Below are positions 1 to 10,623 of a stretch of 64,000 nt of DNA, in pieces. Where the stretch lies: contig JBDKFG010000014.1 of NCBI GenBank assembly GCA_039798785.1, positions 15,372 to 79,371 of the forward strand, read 5' to 3'. The DNA is from Verrucomicrobiota bacterium (GTDB lineage: Bacteria; Verrucomicrobiota; Lentisphaeria; Lentisphaerales; Lentisphaeraceae). Numbering within the stretch: the stretch's first letter is position 1; each line of letters starts with the position of its first letter. The position numbers and the translations under genes are program-made. The notes under the pieces were generated by a model. It made no database searches, was not told the origin of the DNA, and saw nothing but the letters and a program-made list of their open reading frames with translations.

Positions 1-153
1 CCGGTGGCGGTGGTGAAAAGCAAGAATCTCCTCGGCTTCGTGCCGTTAGTCAAAGTGGCCGGCGGCTGGAGCCCGATGAACCTGAAAGGCGGCGTCCTGC
101 ACAGCGGCGACCCTTGGTCGGAACTGCCGTCCGACGCCTTCCTCCTGCCTTGA
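1..153 (+). CDS. 3' end of an unknown protein (partial, runs off the window start)
   Basis: Frame 1 is open from base 1 to TGA at 151-153 (PVAVVKSKNLLGFVPLVKVAGGWSPM...FLLP*). Confidence 0.5.
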   Translation, partial: PVAVVKSKNLLGFVPLVKVAGGWSPMNLKGGVLHSGDPWSELPSDAFLLP

Positions 154-232
154 TCCGAAACCTTCCGCCGCCGCGACTTGGCAAAGACCGGCACCGCCTC
201 ATTGTCATTCCCAATCAGTTTCGGGAGCGTCA

Positions 233-1255
233 ATGCAAAGCACCAGGAAAGAAGTGGCGGCGGCCGCTGGAGTCAGTCCGGCGATGGTCTCCGCCGCCCT
301 CGGAGGACGGCCAAGCACGATCCGCATGTCGAAAGAAACCCGCGATCGCATCCTCGCCGCGGCTGCGGCCCTCGACTACCATCCCAACATCCTGGCCCAG
401 GGACTCAAGCAAAAGCACTCCTTCCTCATCGGCCTGAGCTATTACGACAGCAACGGCAACATCCTGGCACCGCTCCTTCGAGGCATCGAATCCGCCCTCT
501 CCGGCAGCGACTATTCGGTCGTCGTCGAGATGCACCGCGACGCCGCTTCGGAAGCCGCTGCCCTGCTCCGGCTGCGCCACCGCCGAGTCGCCGGCCTGAT
601 CGCGACGGCAGCGCAAGATCGCGACGGACGCCCTTCGGAAGCCCTGCTCGATATGCAGCGGCAGGGAAGACCGCTGGTCGAACTTTTCGGCAAGGTGATC
701 CCCGGCGCCGCGCACTTCAATCCCGATCACGAAGGGACCGGCCGAATCCTGACCCGTCATCTGATCGCTGAAGGCCGCCGCCGCATCGCCCTCCTCACCC
801 ACAGCGCAACAGCCACCTGCCGCGGCGGACTCTTCTTCAACGCCTGGGAAAACCAGCAGGGCTACCTAGCGGCTATCGCGGAAGCCGGCCTCTCGCCTCG
901 AATCGTCCATTATCCCGTGCCGGCCGAAAGCGGCGACCTGGCGATGCTGCGACAGAATTACGAAGGAGGTCTCGCCGCTCTATCCAACCTGCTCAGAGGC
1001 GAGAGCCCTGACGCAGTGCTCTGTTTCGACAGCGTCGCCGCCGCCGGTCTGCACCGAGCCTGTCTCGAAAAAGGTTTGAAGCTGCGGATCTGCGGCTTGG
1101 AAAAGGACGTCGCAGCACTCAGCTGCAATCCCCCCCTCCCCGGCGTCGTCTATGATTACGATGAGCTCGGACGCCGGAGCATGCTCGCACTCCTCCGCAA
1201 AATGTCAGGAGGCGAAGCACAGTCCTGGTCGATGCCGGGAAGGATCGAGTCCTAA
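233..1255 (+). CDS. LacI-family transcriptional regulator
   Basis: N-terminal HTH TRKEVAAAAGVSPAMVSAAL, hinge LDYHPNILAQGL, periplasmic-binding-protein-like effector domain. Confidence 0.93.
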   Translation: MQSTRKEVAAAAGVSPAMVSAALGGRPSTIRMSKETRDRILAAAAALDYHPNILAQGLKQKHSFLIGLSYYDSNGNILAPLLRGIESALSGSDYSVVVEMHRDAASEAAALLRLRHRRVAGLIATAAQDRDGRPSEALLDMQRQGRPLVELFGKVIPGAAHFNPDHEGTGRILTRHLIAEGRRRIALLTHSATATCRGGLFFNAWENQQGYLAAIAEAGLSPRIVHYPVPAESGDLAMLRQNYEGGLAALSNLLRGESPDAVLCFDSVAAAGLHRACLEKGLKLRICGLEKDVAALSCNPPLPGVVYDYDELGRRSMLALLRKMSGGEAQSWSMPGRIES

Positions 1256-1386
1256 AACCTGCCGCTTGATATCAAAGATCTCACAAAGCAGTGCTCAGGC
1301 AAGGGGAGTCCCAAGCTGTTGACAAATGGCTATGGTGATGACACCGCGCCGCCGCCGGTACGACGTTGATTCCCTCCCTTCGCCGG

Positions 1387-1820
1387 CTAACCATGGTCTT
1401 TCGACCGTATGCCGCGCCCCTTCTGGCGCTGGCTGACGCAAAGGTCGCAGGCCTTCTCGGCCGGATTGCTCGACAGAGGCAGGCCGAGCTTCTTGCGGAT
1501 GGAATAGACGGGGATCCGGTGAAAACCCTTGATCTTGCCCGCCAGTATCACCAGCGCCGATTCGCGGATCTGCTTCTCGCCATCGCTGAAGAGACAGAGG
1601 TTGATCCTGCGTAAGTCTCGCGCCTGCATCAAGGCGAGGAAGCGGATGAATAGCGTGGCGTAGCAGCGGGCAACGAGGCTCACCTTGGCCTGTCCGGGAG
1701 CGCTCAGGATGCCGCAGGCGGTGGAACTCCCCAACAGAGAAGTCCTGAACGGCTTTCGCAAGTTCGTCGACGCCACCTTCAGCTTGAGCTGTTGATGAAG
1801 GGTTTTTTAGGCGTGTTCAT
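1387..1820 (-). pseudogene. Degraded, internally deleted DDE transposase remnant (ISLre2/ISKra4/IS256-like group)
   Basis: LCLFSDGEKQI and IPVYSIRKKLGLPLSSNPAEKACDLCVSQRQKGRG resemble the second-Asp and Glu regions of these transposases; 5' part (MNTPKKPF from 1820) is in another frame. Confidence 0.5.
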
Positions 1821-1867
1821 GGCTTGCAAGTTACTCGATTTTTGTAGGTTTTCGCTATGGATAGGCA

Positions 1868-2725
1868 TTACCAGCAACGATCTGAGCCATCCAAGCGCGC
1901 CTCGCTCTCCGAGAAGCAGTTCTGATCCTCGGCATCGTTGGCGATATCGCTCAACAGTTCGGTAATGCTGATATCGAGATCCTTGTCGCTTTTGTAGGGC
2001 ACTTTGAGCAGGTAGTCGCCGCTTGGCTGCCGAGCTTGGAATTCCTTGAGGTAGAGATTTTCGATCCGCTCCACCACCCGTTTCTTGCCGTGGACGAACT
2101 TGCTGTTGTTGTCGATCCGCAGCGACAGGAGGATCGTGGCAAACGCCGGGGAGGCTGATTCCTTATGGCTCGATCTGGTGCCTGCGATCATTCGCGACAC
2201 CGTGGCCGGACTGATGGCAAAGAGGCGCGCCGCTTCTGCGGCGGTCTTCTGGCCGGAGCTGACCAGGGCGACGATCTCCTTGCGTTGCAGATCGCTGAGC
2301 TTAGGCTTCCGGCCACCGATGCGGCCTTCTTTGCGAGCCGCATCGAGGCCGCTCTTGGTGCGCTCCTTGAGCATCGCCCGTTCGAATTCGGCGAAGCTGC
2401 CGATGATGTGCATCATCATCCGGCCCGCCGGCGTCCCGGTGTCAACGGCCTCGGCGAGACTCTTGAAGCTGGCCTTCGCCCCCTCGATCTTCTCGAGGAT
2501 GAGCAGGAACTCCTTGAGCGAGCGGGACAGCCGGTCGAGCTTCCACACCACCACGGCGTCATCAGGGCGGAGATGGCCGAGCATCGCCTGCAGCTCGGGG
2601 CGATCCCAACGTCCGCCGGAGGCCTTCTCCTGGAAGATCCGCTCGCATCCCGCCGCCTTGAGGGCGGCGATCTGGGCGGCGTTGTCCTGTTCTTGGGGGG
2701 AAACCCGGACGTAGCCGATGGTAAT
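1868..2725 (-). CDS. Serine recombinase (resolvase/invertase) with HTH and C-terminal extension; ATT in the start-codon position
   Basis: Frame extends upstream of the ORF-track start to (ATT)TIGYVRVSPQEQD...AAGCERIFQEKASG...RPEL; VWKLDRLSRS, AEFERAMLKERTKSGLDAARKEGRIGGRK; in-frame TAG just upstream. Confidence 0.88.
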   Translation of the reverse strand: MTIGYVRVSPQEQDNAAQIAALKAAGCERIFQEKASGGRWDRPELQAMLGHLRPDDAVVVWKLDRLSRSLKEFLLILEKIEGAKASFKSLAEAVDTGTPAGRMMMHIIGSFAEFERAMLKERTKSGLDAARKEGRIGGRKPKLSDLQRKEIVALVSSGQKTAAEAARLFAISPATVSRMIAGTRSSHKESASPAFATILLSLRIDNNSKFVHGKKRVVERIENLYLKEFQARQPSGDYLLKVPYKSDKDLDISITELLSDIANDAEDQNCFSESEARLDGSDRCW

Positions 2726-2727
2726 CG

Positions 2728-2827
2728 TTGCAAATTCCTATTGCCATTGGCGTTGAATCTGCAACAGGTTTTTGCAAGATCAAGCCCGACACGGGCGGCC
2801 TCCTTCCACAAACGCCCGTTTGCGGAA
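2728..2827. promoter_or_regulatory. Probable res site / resolvase binding subsites
   Basis: Imperfect palindromes directly upstream of the resolvase: TTCCACAAACG-cc-CGTTTGCGGAA (2804-2827), TGCAAcaggtttTTGCA, TTGCAAattcctaTTGCCA. Confidence 0.55.
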
Positions 2828-2875
2828 GTTTTGGCGGCAGATGATCCAAATTCTGCGCATCACCCGCGAAATCAG

Positions 2876-2902
2876 CCGCGCCGGCTTTTGCGGCCGGCGC
2901 GG
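2876..2902 (-). terminator. Hairpin, likely terminator of speA
   Basis: CCGCGCCGGC...GCCGGCGCGG stem immediately after the speA stop. Confidence 0.55.
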
Positions 2903-2908
2903 ATTCGA

Positions 2909-4852
<1,944 letters not shown>

Positions 4853-4988
4853 CGGCATCTCTCCAGGCAAAGTCTCGTGTACGCGGGCAGACCCGTGTCC
4901 GCCCAGGGGCGAAAGCGGGCCGCTAATATTCCGGGGAAGCTCCGTTGCGCAACATCCGAGAGAATGATTTTTTCGGAAGGCCCTGGCC

Positions 4989-5684
4989 TCAGCTCTTCCT
5001 CTTGGCCTTCTTGAGCTTGCGCTTGGCCAGGCCCTGGGCGATCGACTCGGTGAGCTTGTCGCAGAGTTCCTTCTTGGTGGCGCAGGGAGCGGAGTCGCCA
5101 TCGGGATTGATGACGAAGGTGCGGTGCTGTTCGCCCGCGACTTCGTCGAGATTGTTGGCGACGATCAGGTCGGCGGAAGAGGCGTGCAGGCTGCGCAGGG
5201 CGATGGTATGCAGGCGACGGTCGCTCAACCCGACCTGGAGCTTGAACTTGACCAGGAAGGCCTCGGGTTGCGCCGCGCGCACCGCGTCGACCAGCTTCGG
5301 CGTCGGCACCAGCTTCAGGTTGAAGCCGCGTTTCGACGAGGTCTTGCCGGGGCGGACTTCCGCCGCGGTGAAGTCGGAGACGGCGCTGGAGTGGAGGATC
5401 AAGTCCCAGCGGTGCAGGGAGCACTCGGTTTCGAGCAGATCTTTCAGCTCATCGAAGTAGAAGAACTGGTGGATCCGCATGCTGGTCCAGTCGTCGGCGG
5501 TGTATTTCGCCCGTCCCGGCCCCATCAGCAGGGTGACGTCGGCGCCGAGGCCTTGGAAGTGGCGGGCGAGGCGCAGTCCGGTTTCGCCGGAGAAGACGCT
5601 GGTGAGGACGCGGACGCGGTCGACTGGGGTCCAGGTCGGGCCGGCGGTGACGAGAACGCGAAGTCCGGCGAAGCTGAAGGCCAT
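4989..5684 (-). CDS. coaB: Stand-alone phosphopantothenate-cysteine ligase (CoaB/DFP C-terminal domain)
   Basis: LRVLVTAGPTWTPVDRVRVLTSVFSGETG, HSSAVSDF, LVKFKL, DLIVANNL. Confidence 0.8.
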   Translation of the reverse strand: MAFSFAGLRVLVTAGPTWTPVDRVRVLTSVFSGETGLRLARHFQGLGADVTLLMGPGRAKYTADDWTSMRIHQFFYFDELKDLLETECSLHRWDLILHSSAVSDFTAAEVRPGKTSSKRGFNLKLVPTPKLVDAVRAAQPEAFLVKFKLQVGLSDRRLHTIALRSLHASSADLIVANNLDEVAGEQHRTFVINPDGDSAPCATKKELCDKLTESIAQGLAKRKLKKAKRKS

Positions 5685-5750
5685 GAGATTCTCCTTGCGG
5701 GCTTGAACAAAGCAGTGTACACCTTGGCGGCGCCGGAGCAAGAGGATCGG

Positions 5751-5777
5751 CGGATTCTCGGATTCTCGGATTCTCGG
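5751..5777. repeat. Octamer tandem repeat (CGGATTCT)x3
   Basis: Seen directly in the divergent intergenic region. Confidence 0.8.
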
Positions 5778-5880
5778 GCTGGAAGGGAAGCTTGACGCGA
5801 TTTCTTGATTGATCTTCGCGGCGTCGGAGGAATACTAGGCTCCGCACAACAGGAAAAATGCCAAACGCAAGGACTCTCTC

Positions 5881-6771
5881 ATGGTCGAACGGTGCCGAAA
5901 AATTGAAAAGTCGCCGATTTTCCAGCGATTCATCATCGGCGTGATCATCCTCGCCTCGATCCTGGTCGGCGCCGAGACCTACCACTCTTTCTACGAGGCT
6001 CACCATCAAATCCTGCATGGGCTCGACAAGGCGATCCTGGGAATCTTCACCTTTGAGCTCCTGGTCAAGCTCATCGCCCGCGGCTCGCGGCCGCAAGACT
6101 TCTTCAAGGACGGCTGGAACGTCTTCGACTTCCTCGTCGTCACCGTCTGCTACCTGCCGGTGAGCGGCCAGTACGTGTCGGTGCTGCGACTCGCCCGGGT
6201 GATGCGGATACTCCGCCTGGTCTCCGCCATTCCCAAGCTGCAGGTGCTGGTCGGCGCCCTGTTCAAGAGCATCCCCTCGATGGGCTATGTCAGCATCCTT
6301 CTCTTCCTCTTCTTCTACGCATATTCGGTCTGCGGCACGATGTTCTTCGGCGTCCACGACGCCGAACACTTCGGCACCCTCCATATCAGCATGCTCACCA
6401 TGTTCCGGGTCGTCACCCTGGAGGGCTGGACCGAGCTGATGTACATCAACATGAAGGAGATGCCCCTGGGCTCGCCGCTCTTCTTCGTCTCCTTCATCCT
6501 GGTCGGAACGATGGTGATCATGAACCTCTTCATCGGCATCATCATGAAAGGGATGGAAGAAGCGCAGCGCGAACAGGACGAAGACGAGAAGAGCCGCCGC
6601 GAAGGCGAGGCCCGCACCGTGCATCACGATCTTGAGGAGATGACGCAGAAGATGGACGAGCTGGCGGCGCAGATCGCCCAGCTCAACCGCCGTCTTCGCA
6701 GCGCCGATCCGGCCTATCTCGGCAAGAGAGCCAAGCCCGAGACGTCCCGGGAGGCCGATCCCGAGCCATGA
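5881..6771 (+). CDS. Prokaryotic voltage-gated cation channel (BacNav/NaChBac family)
   Basis: FFKDGWNVFDF, S4 LRLARVMRILRLV, filter TLEGWTE, S6 MNLFIGII, C-terminal coiled coil. Confidence 0.94.
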   Translation: MVERCRKIEKSPIFQRFIIGVIILASILVGAETYHSFYEAHHQILHGLDKAILGIFTFELLVKLIARGSRPQDFFKDGWNVFDFLVVTVCYLPVSGQYVSVLRLARVMRILRLVSAIPKLQVLVGALFKSIPSMGYVSILLFLFFYAYSVCGTMFFGVHDAEHFGTLHISMLTMFRVVTLEGWTELMYINMKEMPLGSPLFFVSFILVGTMVIMNLFIGIIMKGMEEAQREQDEDEKSRREGEARTVHHDLEEMTQKMDELAAQIAQLNRRLRSADPAYLGKRAKPETSREADPEP

Positions 6772-6923
6772 AGACCAACCGAAAAAACAGTCGTTGAAAA
6801 GTCATTCAAAGATCAGCTGGATCGGACTTTCAACCCGTCACATTCCCATCCTGCGTCATGGCGATTGATTCCTCGCCTCCCGCCGCTACACTCCGCAACG
6901 ATCACCAAACTGTCGGACTCGCA

Positions 6924-7589
6924 ATGACCTACACTCACATCCTTTGGGACTGGAACGGCACTCTCGTCGACGACGTCGACCTCTGCGTCCGGACCACCAA
7001 CAATCTCCTCGCCCGCCGCGGTCGTCAGCCCATCGGCCGTGAGCAATACCTCCGCCAGTTCACCTTTCCGGTGACCCAGTTCTACCAGGCCATCGGCTTC
7101 GACTTCGCCCGAGAAGACTACATGCAGATGGCCGACGAATGGATCGCCGAATACCGCGGCGGCTTCGCCGCGATGAGCCGCCTCAACGGGCCGGTGCATG
7201 AAGCCCTTGACGGCGTCGCCGCCCTCGGGCTGCCGCAATCCATCCTCTCCGCCTGCGAAACCCGCCTTCTTCATGCCTCGATCGAGCACATGGGCCTGAG
7301 CGGCCGCTTCACCAAGATCTTCGGCACCGGCGACAACGCCGCCCACGGCAAAGGCGAACTTGCCCGCCAAGTCGCCGGCGGCGGCCATTTCGACCCCGCC
7401 AGCACCGTCCTCTTCGGCGATACCGAACATGACGCGGAAGTCGCCCGCGACGCCGGCATAGACTGCGTCCTGATCGCCAAGGGGCACCAGCATCCCGAGC
7501 GCCTCCGCGCCACCGGCCACGAAGTCCTCGACTGCATCTCGCAAGTCCCGGGCTGGCTGCAACAGCGCCGCAGCGCCCGACACCATTGA
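6924..7589 (+). CDS. HAD-superfamily hydrolase (phosphoglycolate phosphatase-like)
   Basis: ILWDWNGTLVDD motif I, ILSA motif II, FGDTEHDAEVA motif IV. Confidence 0.9.
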   Translation: MTYTHILWDWNGTLVDDVDLCVRTTNNLLARRGRQPIGREQYLRQFTFPVTQFYQAIGFDFAREDYMQMADEWIAEYRGGFAAMSRLNGPVHEALDGVAALGLPQSILSACETRLLHASIEHMGLSGRFTKIFGTGDNAAHGKGELARQVAGGGHFDPASTVLFGDTEHDAEVARDAGIDCVLIAKGHQHPERLRATGHEVLDCISQVPGWLQQRRSARHH

Positions 7590-7619
7590 CTCCCAAAGAC
7601 ACAGCAAAGGAACACCAGC

Positions 7620-9026
7620 ATGAGCCAGCGCGCCCACACCGTCGAGAAGATCGGCGGCACCTCGATGTCCCAGTTCGACAAGCTTCTCGAGACCATCCTC
7701 ATCGGCAAGCGCACTGGCGACGAGCTCTTCAACCGCATCTTCGTCGTCTCCGCCTACGCCGGCATCACCGACATGCTGCTCGAGCACAAGAAGTCGGGCC
7801 TGCCCGGCGTCTACAGCCGCTTCGCCAATCCCGATGAAGAATGGGAAGCCGATCTCGACAAGGTCCTCGCCCGCATGTGCGAGATCAACGCCGGTTTCGC
7901 CTCGCTCGGTCTCGACGTCGTCGCCGCCAACACCATCGCCACCGAACGCATCCAGGGCATCCGAGCCTGCTTGAAGGACCTCGACAACGTCTGCACTTAC
8001 GGCCACTTCCAGATCAGCGACTTCCTCCCCGCCATCCGCGAAATGCTCGCCTCCCTCGGTGAATTCCACTCGGCCTGGAACTCAGTCGAAATCCTCAAGG
8101 CCAAAGGCATCAATGCCACCCTCGCCGATCTCACCGGCTGGAAAGACAAACAGGACCTGCCCTTCGCCGACAAGATCCGAGCCTCCTTCGCCGGCATCGA
8201 CTTCGACAAGACCGTGGTCATCGCCACCGGCTACACCAAGTGCTCGGAAGGCCTGATGACCACTTTCGACCGTGGCTACTCCGAAATCACCTTCTCCAAG
8301 ATCGCCTGTGTCACCGGCGCCCGGGAAGGCGTCATCCACAAGGAATTCCACCTCAGCTCCGGCGACCCCAAGCTGGTCGGAATCGACAAGGTCAAGATCA
8401 TCGGCCGCACCAATTTCGACGTCGCCGACCAGCTCGCCGACATGGGCATGGAAGCCATCCACCCCCGCGCCTCGAAGGAGATGGAGCAGCTCGACATCCC
8501 CATCCGCGTCGCCAACGCCTTTGAACCCGAACACCCCGGCACCCTGATCTCGAAGGATTTCAAATCGCCCAGCCCCCGCGTCGAAATGGTCACCGGCCGC
8601 AAGGACCTCGTTGCCATCGAAGTGCACGATCCCGACATGGTCGGCGTCCCGGGCTACGACGCCCGCATCACCAGCCTCCTGGCCAAGCACAAGATCAGCT
8701 ACATCGCCAAGAACACCAACGCCAACACCATCACCCACTACCTGCCGAAGAAGTCGAAGAGCCTTCAGCTCTTCATGACTGAGCTGCGCGCCGAATTCCC
8801 CGGCGCCAACATCCGCTCGGAAGACACCGCCATCGTCTCCGCCATCGGCTCCAACATCAACCACCCCGGCTTCCTCGCTCGCGCCGCCCAGGCCCTCGCC
8901 GACGCCAAGGTCAACATCCTCGGCATGAACCAGGACATGCGCCAGGTCAACATGCAGTTCATCGTCGACCTGCATGACTTCGACAAGGCGATCAAGGCCA
9001 TGCACGTCGGTCTGGTCGAGAACTGA
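7620..9026 (+). CDS. Aspartate kinase, Ask_Ect-like
   Basis: HTVEKIGGTSM, FVVSAYAGITDMLLEHKK, FDRGYSEITFS, HKEFHLSSGDP, C-terminal ACT domains. Confidence 0.9.
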   Translation: MSQRAHTVEKIGGTSMSQFDKLLETILIGKRTGDELFNRIFVVSAYAGITDMLLEHKKSGLPGVYSRFANPDEEWEADLDKVLARMCEINAGFASLGLDVVAANTIATERIQGIRACLKDLDNVCTYGHFQISDFLPAIREMLASLGEFHSAWNSVEILKAKGINATLADLTGWKDKQDLPFADKIRASFAGIDFDKTVVIATGYTKCSEGLMTTFDRGYSEITFSKIACVTGAREGVIHKEFHLSSGDPKLVGIDKVKIIGRTNFDVADQLADMGMEAIHPRASKEMEQLDIPIRVANAFEPEHPGTLISKDFKSPSPRVEMVTGRKDLVAIEVHDPDMVGVPGYDARITSLLAKHKISYIAKNTNANTITHYLPKKSKSLQLFMTELRAEFPGANIRSEDTAIVSAIGSNINHPGFLARAAQALADAKVNILGMNQDMRQVNMQFIVDLHDFDKAIKAMHVGLVEN

Positions 9027-9051
9027 GCCGAGTGGCGGCTTGAATGAATGA

Positions 9052-9090
9052 ACGAAGGGAGGCAGCGAGCGGCCTCCCTTCGTCTTCTTT
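9052..9090 (+). terminator. Intrinsic terminator after aspartokinase
   Basis: ACGAAGGGAGGC/GCCTCCCTTCGT stem followed by CTTCTTT. Confidence 0.75.
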
Positions 9091-9095
9091 GCACC

Positions 9096-9128
9096 CCTGG
9101 GAGTGCGCCACCCCTAGCGCCCTGGCTT
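9096..9128 (+). repeat. Degenerate REP-like element
   Basis: CCTGGGAGTGCGCCACCCCTAGCGCCCTGGCTT resembles the copies at 55803 and 56450. Confidence 0.55.
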
Positions 9129-9218
9129 TCGCCTCCGGCGAAATCTGCTGTTCTGAAGGGGCGCCAAACAAATCAGCGGCAGAGGATTGCCACGCTCCCA
9201 TGGGACTTGCTAGCCGAC

Positions 9219-9248
9219 TAAAAAACCCCCCGCGTTTCGGCGGAGGGC
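9219..9248 (-). terminator. Intrinsic terminator for the 9271-9564 gene
   Basis: Minus strand CCCTCCGC-cgaaac-GCGGGGGG followed by a T run. Confidence 0.7.
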
Positions 9249-9270
9249 TCTTGCAGCAACAGCATCCGGC

Positions 9271-9564
9271 TTATTGGGCGAGGATGTTGTTAAGCTGGGC
9301 GACGATACGCTCATCGGCCTTGAGGCTGAGCAGCTCGTTGCCCGCGTAGTGGAAGTTCTTGCGGTAGAGAGTGCGCTGGTAGTTCTTGCGGTCGCTCTGC
9401 AGGATGATGGTCCAGACGGTGCGGTTGTCGACTTCGCCAGCGTTGCGAAGCTTCTTGTTGGTGCGGCGGTTGCGCAGGTTGAGAAGCAGGATGTGCTGGC
9501 CGTCGGCTTGGACGAGTTCTTGCACTTTGCTCCAGGTCAGTCCCGCAGGGATAGTGTTGCCCAT
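9271..9564 (-). CDS. Small basic hypothetical protein (97 aa)
   Basis: GGAG RBS before ATG, host-like codon usage, own terminator. Confidence 0.75.
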   Translation of the reverse strand: MGNTIPAGLTWSKVQELVQADGQHILLLNLRNRRTNKKLRNAGEVDNRTVWTIILQSDRKNYQRTLYRKNFHYAGNELLSLKADERIVAQLNNILAQ

Positions 9565-9737
9565 GGCGTTCTCTCCGATTTCTGGTTGTTTGGTTGTTGT
9601 CTCGAGGGGCCGCAAGTTTAACCCCGCCTCAGCTGCAGTCAAGCCCTGCAAGCAAAAAAATAGCCCGGGCGCCGATCTCGCCATTCATCAATTGCCGGAC
9701 TAATGTGGGGCCGTTTCACCCGCCACAAGGAGCCCGC

Positions 9738-10619
9738 ATGCGCCTGTTCATCCTCCTGCTCTCCTGCCTGCTCTCTCTCGATCTCGCCGCCCAGGTGCAG
9801 CTTGGCGTCACCACCGAGCGAGACAACTACCTGCGTTACGAACCGGTCACCGGCAAGATCACCATTGTCAACAACAGCGGCGTCCAGCTCCGCTTCGACA
9901 AGAACAACCCCGGCGCAAGACTCCGACTCGTCCTGATCAACGAGCAGCAGCAGCTCATCGAACCCTTCAAGGACGACTTCAATCCCATCGCCGGACTCGT
10001 CCTCGCTGCCGGTGAAACCCGCAGCCTCGAGCTCAACATCAACGAACACTACCCGATGTCCGCCACCGGCAAATACTCCCTCACCGCCGAACTCGCCCAC
10101 CCGGCCTTCGCCCTGAAATTCGCCTCCGACAAGTGCCCGCTGGAGATCAGCCCCGGGATCTCGATCGCGAAACGCCCCTTCGGCATGACCGACCCCCTCG
10201 ACACCCGCAAGGTGGTGCAGCGCTACTACGAGCTCCTCGTCTTCAAACCCGCCGCAGGCGGCGCCGACATTCTCTGCCTGAAAATCGCCGACGACAAGTT
10301 CGTCTACGGCCTGCACCGCCTCGGCCCCCACGTCAATGGCGTAAACATCGGCCATGACGTCGACGGATTCTCCTCGATCCACACCTTGATCCAGGTCAAG
10401 GCATCGCTTTTCGTCCACTCCGTCTTCTCACCTTCCGGAGAGATGAAGCAGATCGTCGCCTACAGCGCCTCCTTCCAGGACTTCCCGGCCCTTCGCCGCG
10501 ATCCCTCGCTCGGCAAGATCTCGGTCGAGGGGGGCGTCAAGTTGACCGAAGGGGTCGACTATCGCCGCGATGGCAACATGATCACCCTGACTCCCCGTGC
10601 CGACGCCGCCGCTCCTTGA
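9738..10619 (+). CDS. Secreted hypothetical protein (beta-rich)
   Basis: AAGGAG RBS; signal peptide MRLFILLLSCLLSLDLAA; host codon usage. Confidence 0.8.
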   Translation: MRLFILLLSCLLSLDLAAQVQLGVTTERDNYLRYEPVTGKITIVNNSGVQLRFDKNNPGARLRLVLINEQQQLIEPFKDDFNPIAGLVLAAGETRSLELNINEHYPMSATGKYSLTAELAHPAFALKFASDKCPLEISPGISIAKRPFGMTDPLDTRKVVQRYYELLVFKPAAGGADILCLKIADDKFVYGLHRLGPHVNGVNIGHDVDGFSSIHTLIQVKASLFVHSVFSPSGEMKQIVAYSASFQDFPALRRDPSLGKISVEGGVKLTEGVDYRRDGNMITLTPRADAAAP

Positions 10620-10623
10620 TCCG

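Noticed and set aside
1366..1614. 82-aa + strand ORF
   Set aside because: Overlaps the minus-strand transposase-like frame, which has recognisable motifs
6793..6834. Inverted repeat GTTGAAAAGTC...GACTTTCAAC as an IS-end relic
   Set aside because: Short and imperfect, with no target duplication; could be just a terminator-like hairpin
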